64,000 nt of DNA from a virus. This document shows positions 17,516-27,046 of this stretch, piece by piece. The position numbers and the translations under genes were made by a program. The stretch's first letter is position 1; every line of letters starts with the position of its first letter. The stretch lies in the IMG/VR virus record IMGVR_UViG_3300035698_017588, positions 1 to 64,000 of that record. One strand, given 5' to 3'. The notes under the pieces were generated by a model. It saw nothing but the letters and a program-made list of their open reading frames with translations. It was not told where the DNA came from and searched no databases.

Positions 17516-19656
17516 GAGTCTGTTCCAGTGATTACATGATTGTAAATTCTCTGAAATAGATTTGGGTCTGTCGCCAATGTAGCAGCAGAAGCCGCCATAC
17601 CATTGCCAAGAGATTCCCCATCATATTTGATATGACTCCCAGAGACAGTAACAATTTTCTTATCTTTCGCTACCGTCAACAAGCTGGAATATGGGTCGAC
17701 ACCATAAATTGGGTATTCAGGCAGACCAAACGTGATATTGAATTCAGCGACAGTAAAAGGCGGTGCGATCTTATTCTTCTTGAACGTCACCTTAGTAGTA
17801 TTACCAACAACAGTATCACCAACCTTAAAAGAACCCGTCCGACGAATGTCCATTCGAATAGACGAATAGAATTTCAAGGCTCGACCACCAGGAGTTGTCT
17901 CAGGAGAGTTATGCACAACAACACCAACTGGATTACCACCAGCCATGTAATTATGATTCCCTTCTACAGAAATATCATACTTTCCCTTCTGCTTCATTTG
18001 TCGTTTGCTAGCTGGTCGAATATCAACAATCTCAACACCGCAAGATCTGAAAGCCCTTTTTCGACTAAGATTTAATGTTTTGTAAAACCCGCGACGACAA
18101 ACAGGTAATTTTCTGTCCATACATTCTGGGACAAAGCAAGCGATCTTAGAAGCAATATTTTCGCTGATGTCCACGTCAAATGTGACTCTGCCACCACGAG
18201 ACATGTAGTGGAATAAGCCTAATTCATCAAGTGCTCGACTAATTTGATCAAGCTTCTCACCATCACCAGCGAATCGTTTGATAGATAATTGATAACGTTT
18301 ACGTTCGTAAACAGCATCATCCATCATCCAAATAGCAAAACCAAGCCATGAAAAATTGTCAAGCAAAATCATTGGGTCGCGATTTGGATAATCACGCTTA
18401 ACTTCAGCAAATTCAGGATACTCTATTGAAGAATAAAAGACGCCAGAATTACATTTATAATCAGCCATCTTAAGACCAGCAGCAGAAAGAATTTCAGCCT
18501 TCCAATTCATATAATGAGTATCAATATTATCTCGAATCTTCAGAGCAGCTCCTAATCTCTTCTTATTTTTGGAGATATGAGAGTCACCGGACAACACTCC
18601 AGTAAGGAATTGACCAAGAGTGCCATTTGGGTGACCGTCTTCATCAAACACAAAACAATCTTGTTTTGTGGTAAGATGATCACCCACACTCAAAGAATCC
18701 ATTTGAACGAATTCATTATCACACAATACTTCGTGACTTGGAGTCACAGTGATTTGCATGGTACCGTTTTTCGTACCAGGACCACGCAATGAAACGTGAA
18801 GATAGTCGTCAGATATTTCTACATCACCATTGTGGTGCCAGTCGACGATTTTCTTTGGTTCGAATTCCTTGGTCTCGATGTTGTAAGACCATACCTCACC
18901 TTCAACCTTTTCATCATAAACTTGACGAATCGGCAATACTCTGCCATCTACAAATGGGATTAAAGTGTCGGCATGAAGGCAGCCGAACATGACGCCGATC
19001 TTCTCTCGGATCTGATTAACACACAATAGAGTGCATTTACTGGCTGAAACAGGGCCATTGATTTTAGCAAAGGCACGACTGTTCATTCGAGCATTAGCAC
19101 CAATTTGGTTGTTACCCTCAAGAGTGCCTTCGATTTCGTCTTTCGTGATCATGGCAGCGATAGAGTCGATGATCACCAATTCTACCTTGCCGGATTTGAC
19201 AAGCAATTCGACAATATCGTACGCTTGCTCACCATTACTCGGCTGAGAGAAGATCAATTCTTCGACGTTCAAACCGATCGCCGAAGCCCAAGTGGGATCA
19301 AAAGCGTGCTCGACGTCGACAAAAGCCACACGTCCTGGTCGTTGACCAGTCACTTTGCCAGAGTCGTCTTTGACGTCAAAAAGAGTGTTCTGAAATGCTG
19401 CACCGATTTTGAGGCACGTGGTAGTCTTTCCGCTCGACTCAGGCCCATAGATCTCGATGATCCTGCCTCTCGGGATTCCGCCGCATCCGATCGCCTCGTC
19501 GATACCGACGACACCGGTTGGAACGGAATCTACTGGGACAATAGCGTTGTCTCCAGCGAATCGTACGGCTTCGACACCATACTTAGATATGAAGTGTGCT
19601 CTCAGCTCAGTCAGATCTTCAATTGCTGTGCTCTTCGCTTTAACTTTCGCCATCAT
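17440..19656 (-). CDS. recA: RecA recombinase containing an intein
   Basis: GGIPRGRIIEIYGPESSGKTT, IDSIAA, NQIREKIGVMFG|...|SPETTPGGRALKFYSSIR. Confidence 0.97.
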   Translation of the reverse strand: MMAKVKAKSTAIEDLTELRAHFISKYGVEAVRFAGDNAIVPVDSVPTGVVGIDEAIGCGGIPRGRIIEIYGPESSGKTTTCLKIGAAFQNTLFDVKDDSGKVTGQRPGRVAFVDVEHAFDPTWASAIGLNVEELIFSQPSNGEQAYDIVELLVKSGKVELVIIDSIAAMITKDEIEGTLEGNNQIGANARMNSRAFAKINGPVSASKCTLLCVNQIREKIGVMFGCLHADTLIPFVDGRVLPIRQVYDEKVEGEVWSYNIETKEFEPKKIVDWHHNGDVEISDDYLHVSLRGPGTKNGTMQITVTPSHEVLCDNEFVQMDSLSVGDHLTTKQDCFVFDEDGHPNGTLGQFLTGVLSGDSHISKNKKRLGAALKIRDNIDTHYMNWKAEILSAAGLKMADYKCNSGVFYSSIEYPEFAEVKRDYPNRDPMILLDNFSWLGFAIWMMDDAVYERKRYQLSIKRFAGDGEKLDQISRALDELGLFHYMSRGGRVTFDVDISENIASKIACFVPECMDRKLPVCRRGFYKTLNLSRKRAFRSCGVEIVDIRPASKRQMKQKGKYDISVEGNHNYMAGGNPVGVVVHNSPETTPGGRALKFYSSIRMDIRRTGSFKVGDTVVGNTTKVTFKKNKIAPPFTVAEFNITFGLPEYPIYGVDPYSSLLTVAKDKKIVTVSGSHIKYDGESLGNGMAASAATLATDPNLFQRIYNHVITGTDSCPTTLPSTNEEQPSTSENPPQSDS
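17908..18981 (-). mobile_element. RecA intein with LAGLIDADG endonuclease (358 aa)
   Basis: CLHADT start, VTPSH block B, GVLSGDS and WMMDDA motifs, YDISVEGNHNY...VHN end. Confidence 0.95.
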
Positions 19657-19891
19657 TCTCACCTTGGTTATCAGAATTAATAGCCGGTTTCACTTCCGTA
19701 GTGAACTGGCCTACTACCTTTACGGCAGATGGTTTAACACGTAGAATACGGGCACCGCGTGACAACACAAGGAATTCGTCGTGGCTAGATACAACAGACC
19801 ATCGGCCACTTGAATCAAACCCACCTTTCTGCCCAAGAACACCAGTGGTATCAATAATAATTACAATGTCGAAAGCACGGATATTCTTCAT
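19640..19891 (-). CDS. hypothetical protein
   Basis: 83-aa ORF overlapping the recA start. Confidence 0.5.
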   Translation of the reverse strand: MKNIRAFDIVIIIDTTGVLGQKGGFDSSGRWSVVSSHDEFLVLSRGARILRVKPSAVKVVGQFTTEVKPAINSDNQGENDGES

Positions 19892-19935
19892 TTCAAAAAT
19901 AATCTTGAACCAAAAGTGGATGGGAAACTAAACTT

Positions 19936-20466
19936 ATGAATAACCAAGACAAATCAATCGTCGAAGAGATCCGAGCTTATTTAGGTCTCGACGCCCATGA
20001 CAGGGGCGATGAGCAACGATTAGCTTTGGGTTCGCAACATATCCGCGAATACATCGACGACGCCTATCGTCTGAAAGTCGGTAAACTATCCCACTTCGAT
20101 TCAATCGTCACTGCATTCAGTAAAACACATCACTCAATGTATATTGACGACCCCGCATTCGTCACCACCTTCAAAAAGGAAATGACAGCACGGGGCCTAC
20201 CAAAACCACAAATCGAAGAAGCACTCGATGCGGTCGACGCCGTTCTCGACAAAGTCGTCAAAGAATTTGGTTCAAAGCAAGAAAAAGACGGCGGAACCCA
20301 CCCGAAATTCGACGACATCAAAGAAGTCAGTCAACCCGGACAACCCGATAATGGTGGATTAGTCAAGCCACGAGATGGGCACAAGCAAGAGAATAATATC
20401 GACAGCGACCTGCCAATCAACCGAGACAAAGCCCCTAAACGGCAGAAGCCTGAACTAGAGGGTTAA
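19936..20466 (+). CDS. hypothetical protein
   Basis: 176-aa ORF; shares a TTAA stop palindrome with the convergent gene. Confidence 0.65.
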   Translation: MNNQDKSIVEEIRAYLGLDAHDRGDEQRLALGSQHIREYIDDAYRLKVGKLSHFDSIVTAFSKTHHSMYIDDPAFVTTFKKEMTARGLPKPQIEEALDAVDAVLDKVVKEFGSKQEKDGGTHPKFDDIKEVSQPGQPDNGGLVKPRDGHKQENNIDSDLPINRDKAPKRQKPELEG

Positions 20467-21248
20467 CGGCGTACAGTAACTTCCCCAGCCCCATTGCATT
20501 TGGGACACTTCTGACCACTCACCTGACCGGTAGGAGTCCCATTCTTCATACATAATTTACATGGGCTAAATTGGACTGAATAACCGTCACCAAATGATTG
20601 GTCGACAGCTCCATTATTCTTCCCATCTCGCTTCATTCTCTCCCAATTATCATTGAAAGCCTTCTCGCTATTAGTATCAATAGCGATAATGGTTTCACCA
20701 GTCTCATCCACAGTACGTTCTGGTAACTCAAACTGGCGACCAGTCGGAGACTGAACACGCTGCTTGACCTGAACCTTCTCACCGGGTTTAACAGATTCAA
20801 CAATCGGGGTCCGAGCTGGTGCAGGGGCCGAAACAGCAACAGCTTGAGCTGGAGCACCCTCCGAAACACCTTCCGAGGCTTCCTCTTGGTCTTCCTCGTC
20901 TTCGCCGTTACGTGATGGTATTTGCTGCATCCTCATCGTTACAGGACCAGGAGAGGCCACAGGAGCCGCTGGAACGGGTTGAGCCGCTGGGATAGGTCCA
21001 TTATCCGTAGGTCCCCCAATAGTCATCATACCGCCTTTGGCGATCGCCTCCTCTAAATCGAAGCCGAAAGTCTCAGCTAATTCTTCTGCTTGAGTGACCA
21101 ATTTGACCACCGCATCCCTTACTTCAGCGAGTGATCGGCCCAACTCGTCATCGCAAATAGCAACAGTAATCGGACCAAGACTACATTGAACAGTCACAGA
21201 AGTATTAAGTTCTTCAGTCGTCTTGCTAAACAAGCACTTTTTAGCCAT
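20463..21248 (-). CDS. hypothetical protein with C-terminal DnaJ-type zinc finger
   Basis: CKLC...CPKCNGAG; Pro/Ala/acidic linker. Confidence 0.65.
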   Translation of the reverse strand: MAKKCLFSKTTEELNTSVTVQCSLGPITVAICDDELGRSLAEVRDAVVKLVTQAEELAETFGFDLEEAIAKGGMMTIGGPTDNGPIPAAQPVPAAPVASPGPVTMRMQQIPSRNGEDEEDQEEASEGVSEGAPAQAVAVSAPAPARTPIVESVKPGEKVQVKQRVQSPTGRQFELPERTVDETGETIIAIDTNSEKAFNDNWERMKRDGKNNGAVDQSFGDGYSVQFSPCKLCMKNGTPTGQVSGQKCPKCNGAGEVTVRR

Positions 21249-21259
21249 CGTAGGAACCC

Positions 21260-21649
21260 ATGTCAAAAGCAATTATTGTCAAAATTGATCTCGCAACGCC
21301 GCCCGAAGAATACATCAAACGTCACTTGGGTAAGCAGTCTGAAGAAACCAAGGCGGCAATCGAAAAAGTAGTCCAAGAGAAAAAACTCGTACAAAATGCC
21401 AAGGATTCTCTGGAAGAAAAAACACGCCAGAAAACCACAGCATTAAACAACCTATTTACTCAAATCCATGCACAGGGCGAAACTGGTATGCCCAAGCAAG
21501 AAGTCATCGACGCCATGATGGAAATGGAAGCCGTCAAAAGCTCGTCCGGAGCGACTTTGAAGCTCAAGAAAATGGTGGCCACTGAATTAATCGGATATGA
21601 GCTAAAAGTGACCAAGACGCATTATTTCATCGTCAAAGCCGAAAACTGA
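21260..21649 (+). CDS. hypothetical protein
   Basis: 129-aa Lys/Glu-rich ORF. Confidence 0.6.
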   Translation: MSKAIIVKIDLATPPEEYIKRHLGKQSEETKAAIEKVVQEKKLVQNAKDSLEEKTRQKTTALNNLFTQIHAQGETGMPKQEVIDAMMEMEAVKSSSGATLKLKKMVATELIGYELKVTKTHYFIVKAEN

Positions 21650-22341
21650 GCGTAATCCCTAGGGACGTCAATAGTCCTCAATCTTTGCAAGACGGTATGG
21701 ACCTTAATCTCCATACCGTCCATCATCCATTGAATCTGCTCTAAATTTTCAGTATGGGTATAATAACCAATTGACCCATTAAATTTCTTAGGAATTCCCT
21801 GCGGGAAGATATAAACACCAATGTGCTTATAAAACTTCGATCCGTTATAGGGAATACAAGACCGGCTGAAGTACAAAGCTTTGCCACCTGCAGCAAAGAC
21901 AACTTTGACAGTATTCGGGTCATCTGGATCATCATACTTATCATCTGACAAGAATGAATATGCCAAAGTATGAATCGGAAACGAGGTGTCAGTAACCAAA
22001 CCGGCCAAAATACCATTCAGCAACATCGGATCTAAATCAGGACAGTCAGCCTGAATGATAATAAACGGATCGTTGATATTATTCTTCATCAGATAGCGAT
22101 GAACCCGATCAGATCCAGAATGTCCAAGAGTAGAATCAACGATCCGGACTTTAGTAAAGTCCACCTTACTCACAGCTTCTACTATCCTGGGATCATCCGT
22201 GAGAACAACCACTTCGCTAATATAATCACACTTGGCGGCATTCTCAACAACATGATTAATCAGCGGTTTCCCACCAATCTCTATCAGGACCTTCCCAGGG
22301 AAACGAGAAGAATCATACCGAGCAGGTATAAACGCAATCAT
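21622..22341 (-). CDS. kdsB: CMP-Kdo synthetase (3-deoxy-manno-octulosonate cytidylyltransferase)
   Basis: IPARYDSSRFPGK, HSGSDR, DPNTVKVV, ALYFSRS.IP, KHIGVY, ENLEQ. Confidence 0.9.
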   Translation of the reverse strand: MIAFIPARYDSSRFPGKVLIEIGGKPLINHVVENAAKCDYISEVVVLTDDPRIVEAVSKVDFTKVRIVDSTLGHSGSDRVHRYLMKNNINDPFIIIQADCPDLDPMLLNGILAGLVTDTSFPIHTLAYSFLSDDKYDDPDDPNTVKVVFAAGGKALYFSRSCIPYNGSKFYKHIGVYIFPQGIPKKFNGSIGYYTHTENLEQIQWMMDGMEIKVHTVLQRLRTIDVPRDYAQFSALTMK

Positions 22342-23267
22342 ACTATTGATCCATCAGCGATTTTTAATAAGCGGTGCAAACAACTGGAAACGTCCATAGC
22401 AGAATCCCATTGAGCAGACATACCCAATGGGACGATACCATACGACTTGAGCCAATGCACATCTGAAATAGCACCAGCTGGCAAACAGCCAGGATAGAAA
22501 AACCCAGAGATCAAATCAAAATCATCAACATAGGGCGTCAAATAAAGCCCCGGATTGTCGATCCGATCCAAGAAGTAGAAAATGTACTTGTTTTCGCTAA
22601 CCTGTGCGGTCTTATAAAATTGAATCTGAGGATCGACGACATAAACCTGATTGAACCCCTCATAATTCAGCGTGCTCGACTCTAGAAGAATCACACTAAT
22701 ATCGATACTATGCAAATTAGACTGATAATTCGTCAATTCGCACAAATCATCGAGCGGGATAGTAGAAATACAATTATCGAACTCAATCACATGCCCGTCA
22801 TTAAACTCGATCCTATGAGGCTCGATAGACTTAATAGACGAGATATTGCGAGAATTTTGCAATTCCTGATAATAACGCTGATACAATGCAGCATAGAGCT
22901 GATTTACTCTGGTCCCGTATACATCGAACTCCATCCGGTGCGGATAAACGAGTTCCAAATGTCCAGGGATTTGGAAGCCATAGGTCTTAGCCAACCAAAA
23001 CGAGCAATGCTCTTTGTCAAAGCCGCGAACTAACTGCCCCTCGTGCGACCAACAGCATTTATAGGGGTGTCGTTTAATGTCGATGTTCAAAGCCTTGAGT
23101 TGATTCTCTAAAGGCTTCAGTAGATCACTAGCATAAATGAAGTTGTCAGCCGATGCCGGATTGACTCCATAAAATCGACTAGGCCCGGCACTGATCATTT
23201 CATAATCGGAGCCTAAAATATGACGAGCCAAAAAAGCATTAAGGCCGGAGCCTAATATTACATTCAT
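22338..23267 (-). CDS. FAD-dependent oxidoreductase/mutase-like protein (divergent)
   Basis: N-terminal VILGSGL Rossmann-like start, ISTIPL, LG.SAQW near the C-terminus. Confidence 0.5.
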   Translation of the reverse strand: MNVILGSGLNAFLARHILGSDYEMISAGPSRFYGVNPASADNFIYASDLLKPLENQLKALNIDIKRHPYKCCWSHEGQLVRGFDKEHCSFWLAKTYGFQIPGHLELVYPHRMEFDVYGTRVNQLYAALYQRYYQELQNSRNISSIKSIEPHRIEFNDGHVIEFDNCISTIPLDDLCELTNYQSNLHSIDISVILLESSTLNYEGFNQVYVVDPQIQFYKTAQVSENKYIFYFLDRIDNPGLYLTPYVDDFDLISGFFYPGCLPAGAISDVHWLKSYGIVPLGMSAQWDSAMDVSSCLHRLLKIADGSIV

Positions 23268-23866
23268 TATTCGCCGTCAGGGTCAAAGTCAGTTGGTATA
23301 GCATCTGGGGTGTTTTCTAGCAGCTCGCCCATCGCATCAAACACATCCCCACCACGAAAATCGATTCTATCTTCCTCAGGCTTCTTGACCTTCTTCCATT
23401 GATCACGACGGCGAATAAATTGCCCAAGGCCCTCGCTGCGTCTTTCGACCATTGGATCTTCGATTTCCTCGATCAACATTGGCTTCTCGTCATTGTCTTC
23501 ATCAATAAACATTGCATCAATATTGCTCAATGCCGTTGGGTTGATGTCGAACAATACTAGAGAACTAGTAGAAATCGGATCTCTGAACGGAAATTCATGT
23601 TCGATGACTTCCGGAACATAGACGTAAGGAAAGCACTTTTCGCAGTACGTCGGTATGGGGACATTCAAATCGTCGGAAGGCTTTATTATCTGTTCTATCA
23701 GACTACCACATTCCGGACATGTAGTCACAGCCATGGTGGGACGGATCAATTCGCCATTTTGACGAATATAATCCTTATTATAATCATCGTCGTCGAATTG
23801 CACTGGTCGTAGAATGAGCGATTGACCATTCAATACGCCTTCAAGAATAGCAAAAGGATTCGACAT
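23267..23866 (-). CDS. hypothetical Zn-ribbon protein
   Basis: CPECG...CEKC; acidic tail. Confidence 0.6.
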   Translation of the reverse strand: MSNPFAILEGVLNGQSLILRPVQFDDDDYNKDYIRQNGELIRPTMAVTTCPECGSLIEQIIKPSDDLNVPIPTYCEKCFPYVYVPEVIEHEFPFRDPISTSSLVLFDINPTALSNIDAMFIDEDNDEKPMLIEEIEDPMVERRSEGLGQFIRRRDQWKKVKKPEEDRIDFRGGDVFDAMGELLENTPDAIPTDFDPDGE

Positions 23867-24321
23867 TATGATTCTGTCTCCCAAGAGCTTGCACCCGGAG
23901 GCACAGGCTTCGGTTCGAACTCGGACTTGAATTGCGGGTGTATCAAAAACGAGAGATAATTTGGGTCGGTCGCCACCGCTTTTGTTTCCAAATCGACCTC
24001 AACAGCGGTGACAAACACCAAAAAAGCCGGACCATTCACAATTGGTTCGCCAGATATCTCACAATCTGCTCGGCCTCTGCGTTTTTTCTGCTGAAGTATA
24101 ACATTCGTACCAATGACTTTCTGGGCGAATTTGCCATGACAATTGCCACACAAATCAAGAGATCCTATAGCAGCTTTGCGATTTGCTTTAAGAACGGAAG
24201 GCCCCATACCATTGATGATATTGACACCACAGAGATCGTAACTGTAGTATCTGAACTTCGATTTCAATTTCATGTGACAAAGATCACACGATATTCCATC
24301 TTTAGTCGTAAGCTGGGCCAT
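23866..24321 (-). CDS. hypothetical Cys-rich protein
   Basis: CDLC, DLCGNC; TAATG coupling to dnaE-C. Confidence 0.6.
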   Translation of the reverse strand: MAQLTTKDGISCDLCHMKLKSKFRYYSYDLCGVNIINGMGPSVLKANRKAAIGSLDLCGNCHGKFAQKVIGTNVILQQKKRRGRADCEISGEPIVNGPAFLVFVTAVEVDLETKAVATDPNYLSFLIHPQFKSEFEPKPVPPGASSWETES

Positions 24322-25520
24322 TAATCTTTCCGATTCAACGGGATTATCACATTATTACGCAACATCGTAAAGGACTTGCGTTTCGGCTGATAAGTCACCG
24401 GAATCATACAAGCAACACCCTTCCTCAGGACCGATGGGTTAATCTTCTCTAGATTGTCGCTCCAGATGAAAACTGTCGTGGTTTCACGACCATCAGTAAC
24501 ATTCAATCGACAATAAGGATCACCCTTCTGAGTGCTACCTCTATGTGCTTCATTGATAATGCATTCGAGGAAAGCAGCCTGCTGAGTCATGAAATCCTCA
24601 ATACAACCCTGGATATCCCGATTAGCCCGAGTATCATACATCAAAAGCGGATTGGATAGATGATAACCCAAATACTCTTCTTCATAATCAATGATTTCCG
24701 AGATCTTATAATCGTCGAACAATTCATTGAAAGTCTTCAAATCGTGCTTATCTTCTGGCATCCATTCAGTCACCCGCTTAGGATAATTAGCTTCCTTCTT
24801 GCGAGGGAATAAATCACGATAGGCGTCAACCTGACGATCACGTTCATTCTCGATCTCGGAAGGCGACCAACCAACATGCTCAATCAGAGTCGGATACAAC
24901 TCACGACGTTCAGCAGTCTTCATCTTCTTATACTTATAAGCATAATAATGCCACAAAGCCCGGCGATTCTCATGCTCCGGAACCTTCTCGAAAGCCCCAA
25001 GACGAATCAAACGCTCAACAAGAGTCTTACCAGCATTCGTACGTTCGATAAAGTCATCAAGCGATTCAAAAGGCCCCTCGACCTCAGTGATGGCACGATC
25101 TGATTCACCGATGCCCTTAATCGAAAGCATACCGACCGAAACAACATTGCCAATCACGCTAAAATTAGGGCTCAGATTGTTCACATCAACAGGGATGATC
25201 TCAAACTTCTCGTAGCCCTCTTTCGGGGGTCGTCCGAGCTTGGTGATCTCAGTAGGGTGCCAACCTTCTGCACGGGCCACGGAGATATAACGGGGAGCCT
25301 TCTTTGGGTCACACGTACTCAGAACCGACGCGATCCACTCTGGGAAGAAGTGAGCCTTGAACCATGTGCAGCGATACGCGATAATAGCAGCGTACGCAAC
25401 TCCGTGACTATTTTTGTGAATAACGGAACTATTGCCGGTCAAATAGTTGTGGTGTTTTGATTGCATCTCTGGCGAATAAGTTCTTTTAACACCCAAAGAA
25501 GTCAACGATTTAATTTTCAT
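24321..25520 (-). CDS. dnaE: DnaE (Pol III alpha) C-terminal part fused to a split intein C-fragment
   Basis: 37-aa intein C ending VIHKN|SHGVAYA; WFKAHFFPEW, IKGIG HhH, LIRLGAF, EEEYLGYHLSNP, OB fold. Confidence 0.92.
   Translation of the reverse strand: MKIKSLTSLGVKRTYSPEMQSKHHNYLTGNSSVIHKNSHGVAYAAIIAYRCTWFKAHFFPEWIASVLSTCDPKKAPRYISVARAEGWHPTEITKLGRPPKEGYEKFEIIPVDVNNLSPNFSVIGNVVSVGMLSIKGIGESDRAITEVEGPFESLDDFIERTNAGKTLVERLIRLGAFEKVPEHENRRALWHYYAYKYKKMKTAERRELYPTLIEHVGWSPSEIENERDRQVDAYRDLFPRKKEANYPKRVTEWMPEDKHDLKTFNELFDDYKISEIIDYEEEYLGYHLSNPLLMYDTRANRDIQGCIEDFMTQQAAFLECIINEAHRGSTQKGDPYCRLNVTDGRETTTVFIWSDNLEKINPSVLRKGVACMIPVTYQPKRKSFTMLRNNVIIPLNRKD
25410..25520 (-). mobile_element. split intein C-fragment of DnaE (37 aa)
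   Basis: MKIKSLTSLGVKRTYSPEMQSKHHNYLTGNSSVIHKN followed by Ser+1. Confidence 0.85.
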
Positions 25521-27046
25521 ATTTTCAACCCATATTTCAAATTACCAGAATCCCACAATCTACGATAGCCGTTTGCGAACATATTTTCTGACTCAGTGAG
25601 ATCAGGATCAAAATGATCTAGTTTCTCAGAAAGTTTATGCTTTTGAAATGACCTTCTGTTATACAATTTATTAGATCTCCAATATCTATAACCAGGATTC
25701 GTGATACCATTAAATGTCATCCCAAATTTAGAATAACACGTATCTTGAGTAGTAAAAGATCGATCGACAAATGTTTCGATACAAGTCGGTTTGTCGAATT
25801 TAATAAAGCTTTTCATGAGTTTGGAAAAACCGCCAATAACGGTATGTCCAATAATATTTGCAAATCTGGAGATGGAATAATTTACATCATTTCTGGTTAG
25901 AGATAAAACAGAAACAATTTTACCATCATTCTCTAGAGCATACGCCACATGCGGCATAACTCCACAATGATAATGATTATCATCAAAAAATCTTTTAGCC
26001 TGCAAATTGTCCATCTTGATAATAGAGCATTTTCTTGCGTAGATCCTAGATGATAAACCCAAAGAATTTTTTATCATCGAATCTGCTACGATTCTTCGTT
26101 TAGAATAATCAAGATCAACAAACTGCAACAACTTAAAACCTCTTCTATAAGCCATGGCAGATTTCATAGAATGATAGTTTCTGTGATATGTCGATTCTTT
26201 AATATTGAATGAATGAAAATAAGCACCATGATATTCTATACCAACATTAGCATCAGGTAGCCAGATATCCAATTCCAAACCATTTAAAATAGATCGGTTA
26301 GATCTTTCTATTTTACCATCATAAACAGAAGCGATCCAATCAGCCAGTTCATTCTCTGGAATAGAAGTCAATTTCTCAGTGTTGCATTTAGGACAGCCAT
26401 TTTTCTGTCTAACATGCCCAGTTGGTCTAGTTTCAAAATCACCGTGTTTAGGACATACGACTATCACTTTTGTTCGCTGATTTATATATATCGTTTTTGA
26501 ATAATCATATTTATTACCATGGGTCGCAACACACCTTCCGATGAATTCTTCCTGGTTTAAAGTTCGTGGGTCATCTGATGGACTATCATAATAATCGGAC
26601 CTAGCTTTAGTCACTCTGTCGACATAATCTTGATCTGTGCGAAATTTTTCCTTGATCGCCTTTGACATTTTCTCCTTGAAGTCTTCAGAAACAGAAAGCC
26701 TTTCATGATTGATCACCATTTTCTCACGATAAGAAGGATCTTTCCATCTTTCTTTGGCTGTTTCAGATCTTTTTGAAAAACTGGAAGACTTCGACGCAAC
26801 AATAGACTGTCTCTCTTTAAAAGAGTCCAAAGAACGAAAACATTTCGGACAATGATAACAATTAACGTGTTTAGATTGATTATTAACCTTCCTAACATGA
26901 TCATAAAAATTCGTATCTGAATTCTCATTGCAAGAATAACACGACACAATAACTCTATGCTTCAGCTTTGGTTTAACATGACCTGGATCGACCAATCTAA
27001 GGCGTGGTGATCTCCAATCCTTTGGCAACAATTTCTCTAACTTCAT
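25517..27046 (-). CDS. free-standing homing endonuclease (Hef-like: Zn repeat + PD-(D/E)xK + C-terminal domain)
   Basis: HGNKYDYS...CPKHGDF...GCPKC, ELDIWLP...GIEYHG.YFHS, RIYARKC, NGYRRLWDSG; AT-rich; lies between the split dnaE halves. Confidence 0.85.
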   Translation of the reverse strand: MKLEKLLPKDWRSPRLRLVDPGHVKPKLKHRVIVSCYSCNENSDTNFYDHVRKVNNQSKHVNCYHCPKCFRSLDSFKERQSIVASKSSSFSKRSETAKERWKDPSYREKMVINHERLSVSEDFKEKMSKAIKEKFRTDQDYVDRVTKARSDYYDSPSDDPRTLNQEEFIGRCVATHGNKYDYSKTIYINQRTKVIVVCPKHGDFETRPTGHVRQKNGCPKCNTEKLTSIPENELADWIASVYDGKIERSNRSILNGLELDIWLPDANVGIEYHGAYFHSFNIKESTYHRNYHSMKSAMAYRRGFKLLQFVDLDYSKRRIVADSMIKNSLGLSSRIYARKCSIIKMDNLQAKRFFDDNHYHCGVMPHVAYALENDGKIVSVLSLTRNDVNYSISRFANIIGHTVIGGFSKLMKSFIKFDKPTCIETFVDRSFTTQDTCYSKFGMTFNGITNPGYRYWRSNKLYNRRSFQKHKLSEKLDHFDPDLTESENMFANGYRRLWDSGNLKYGLKI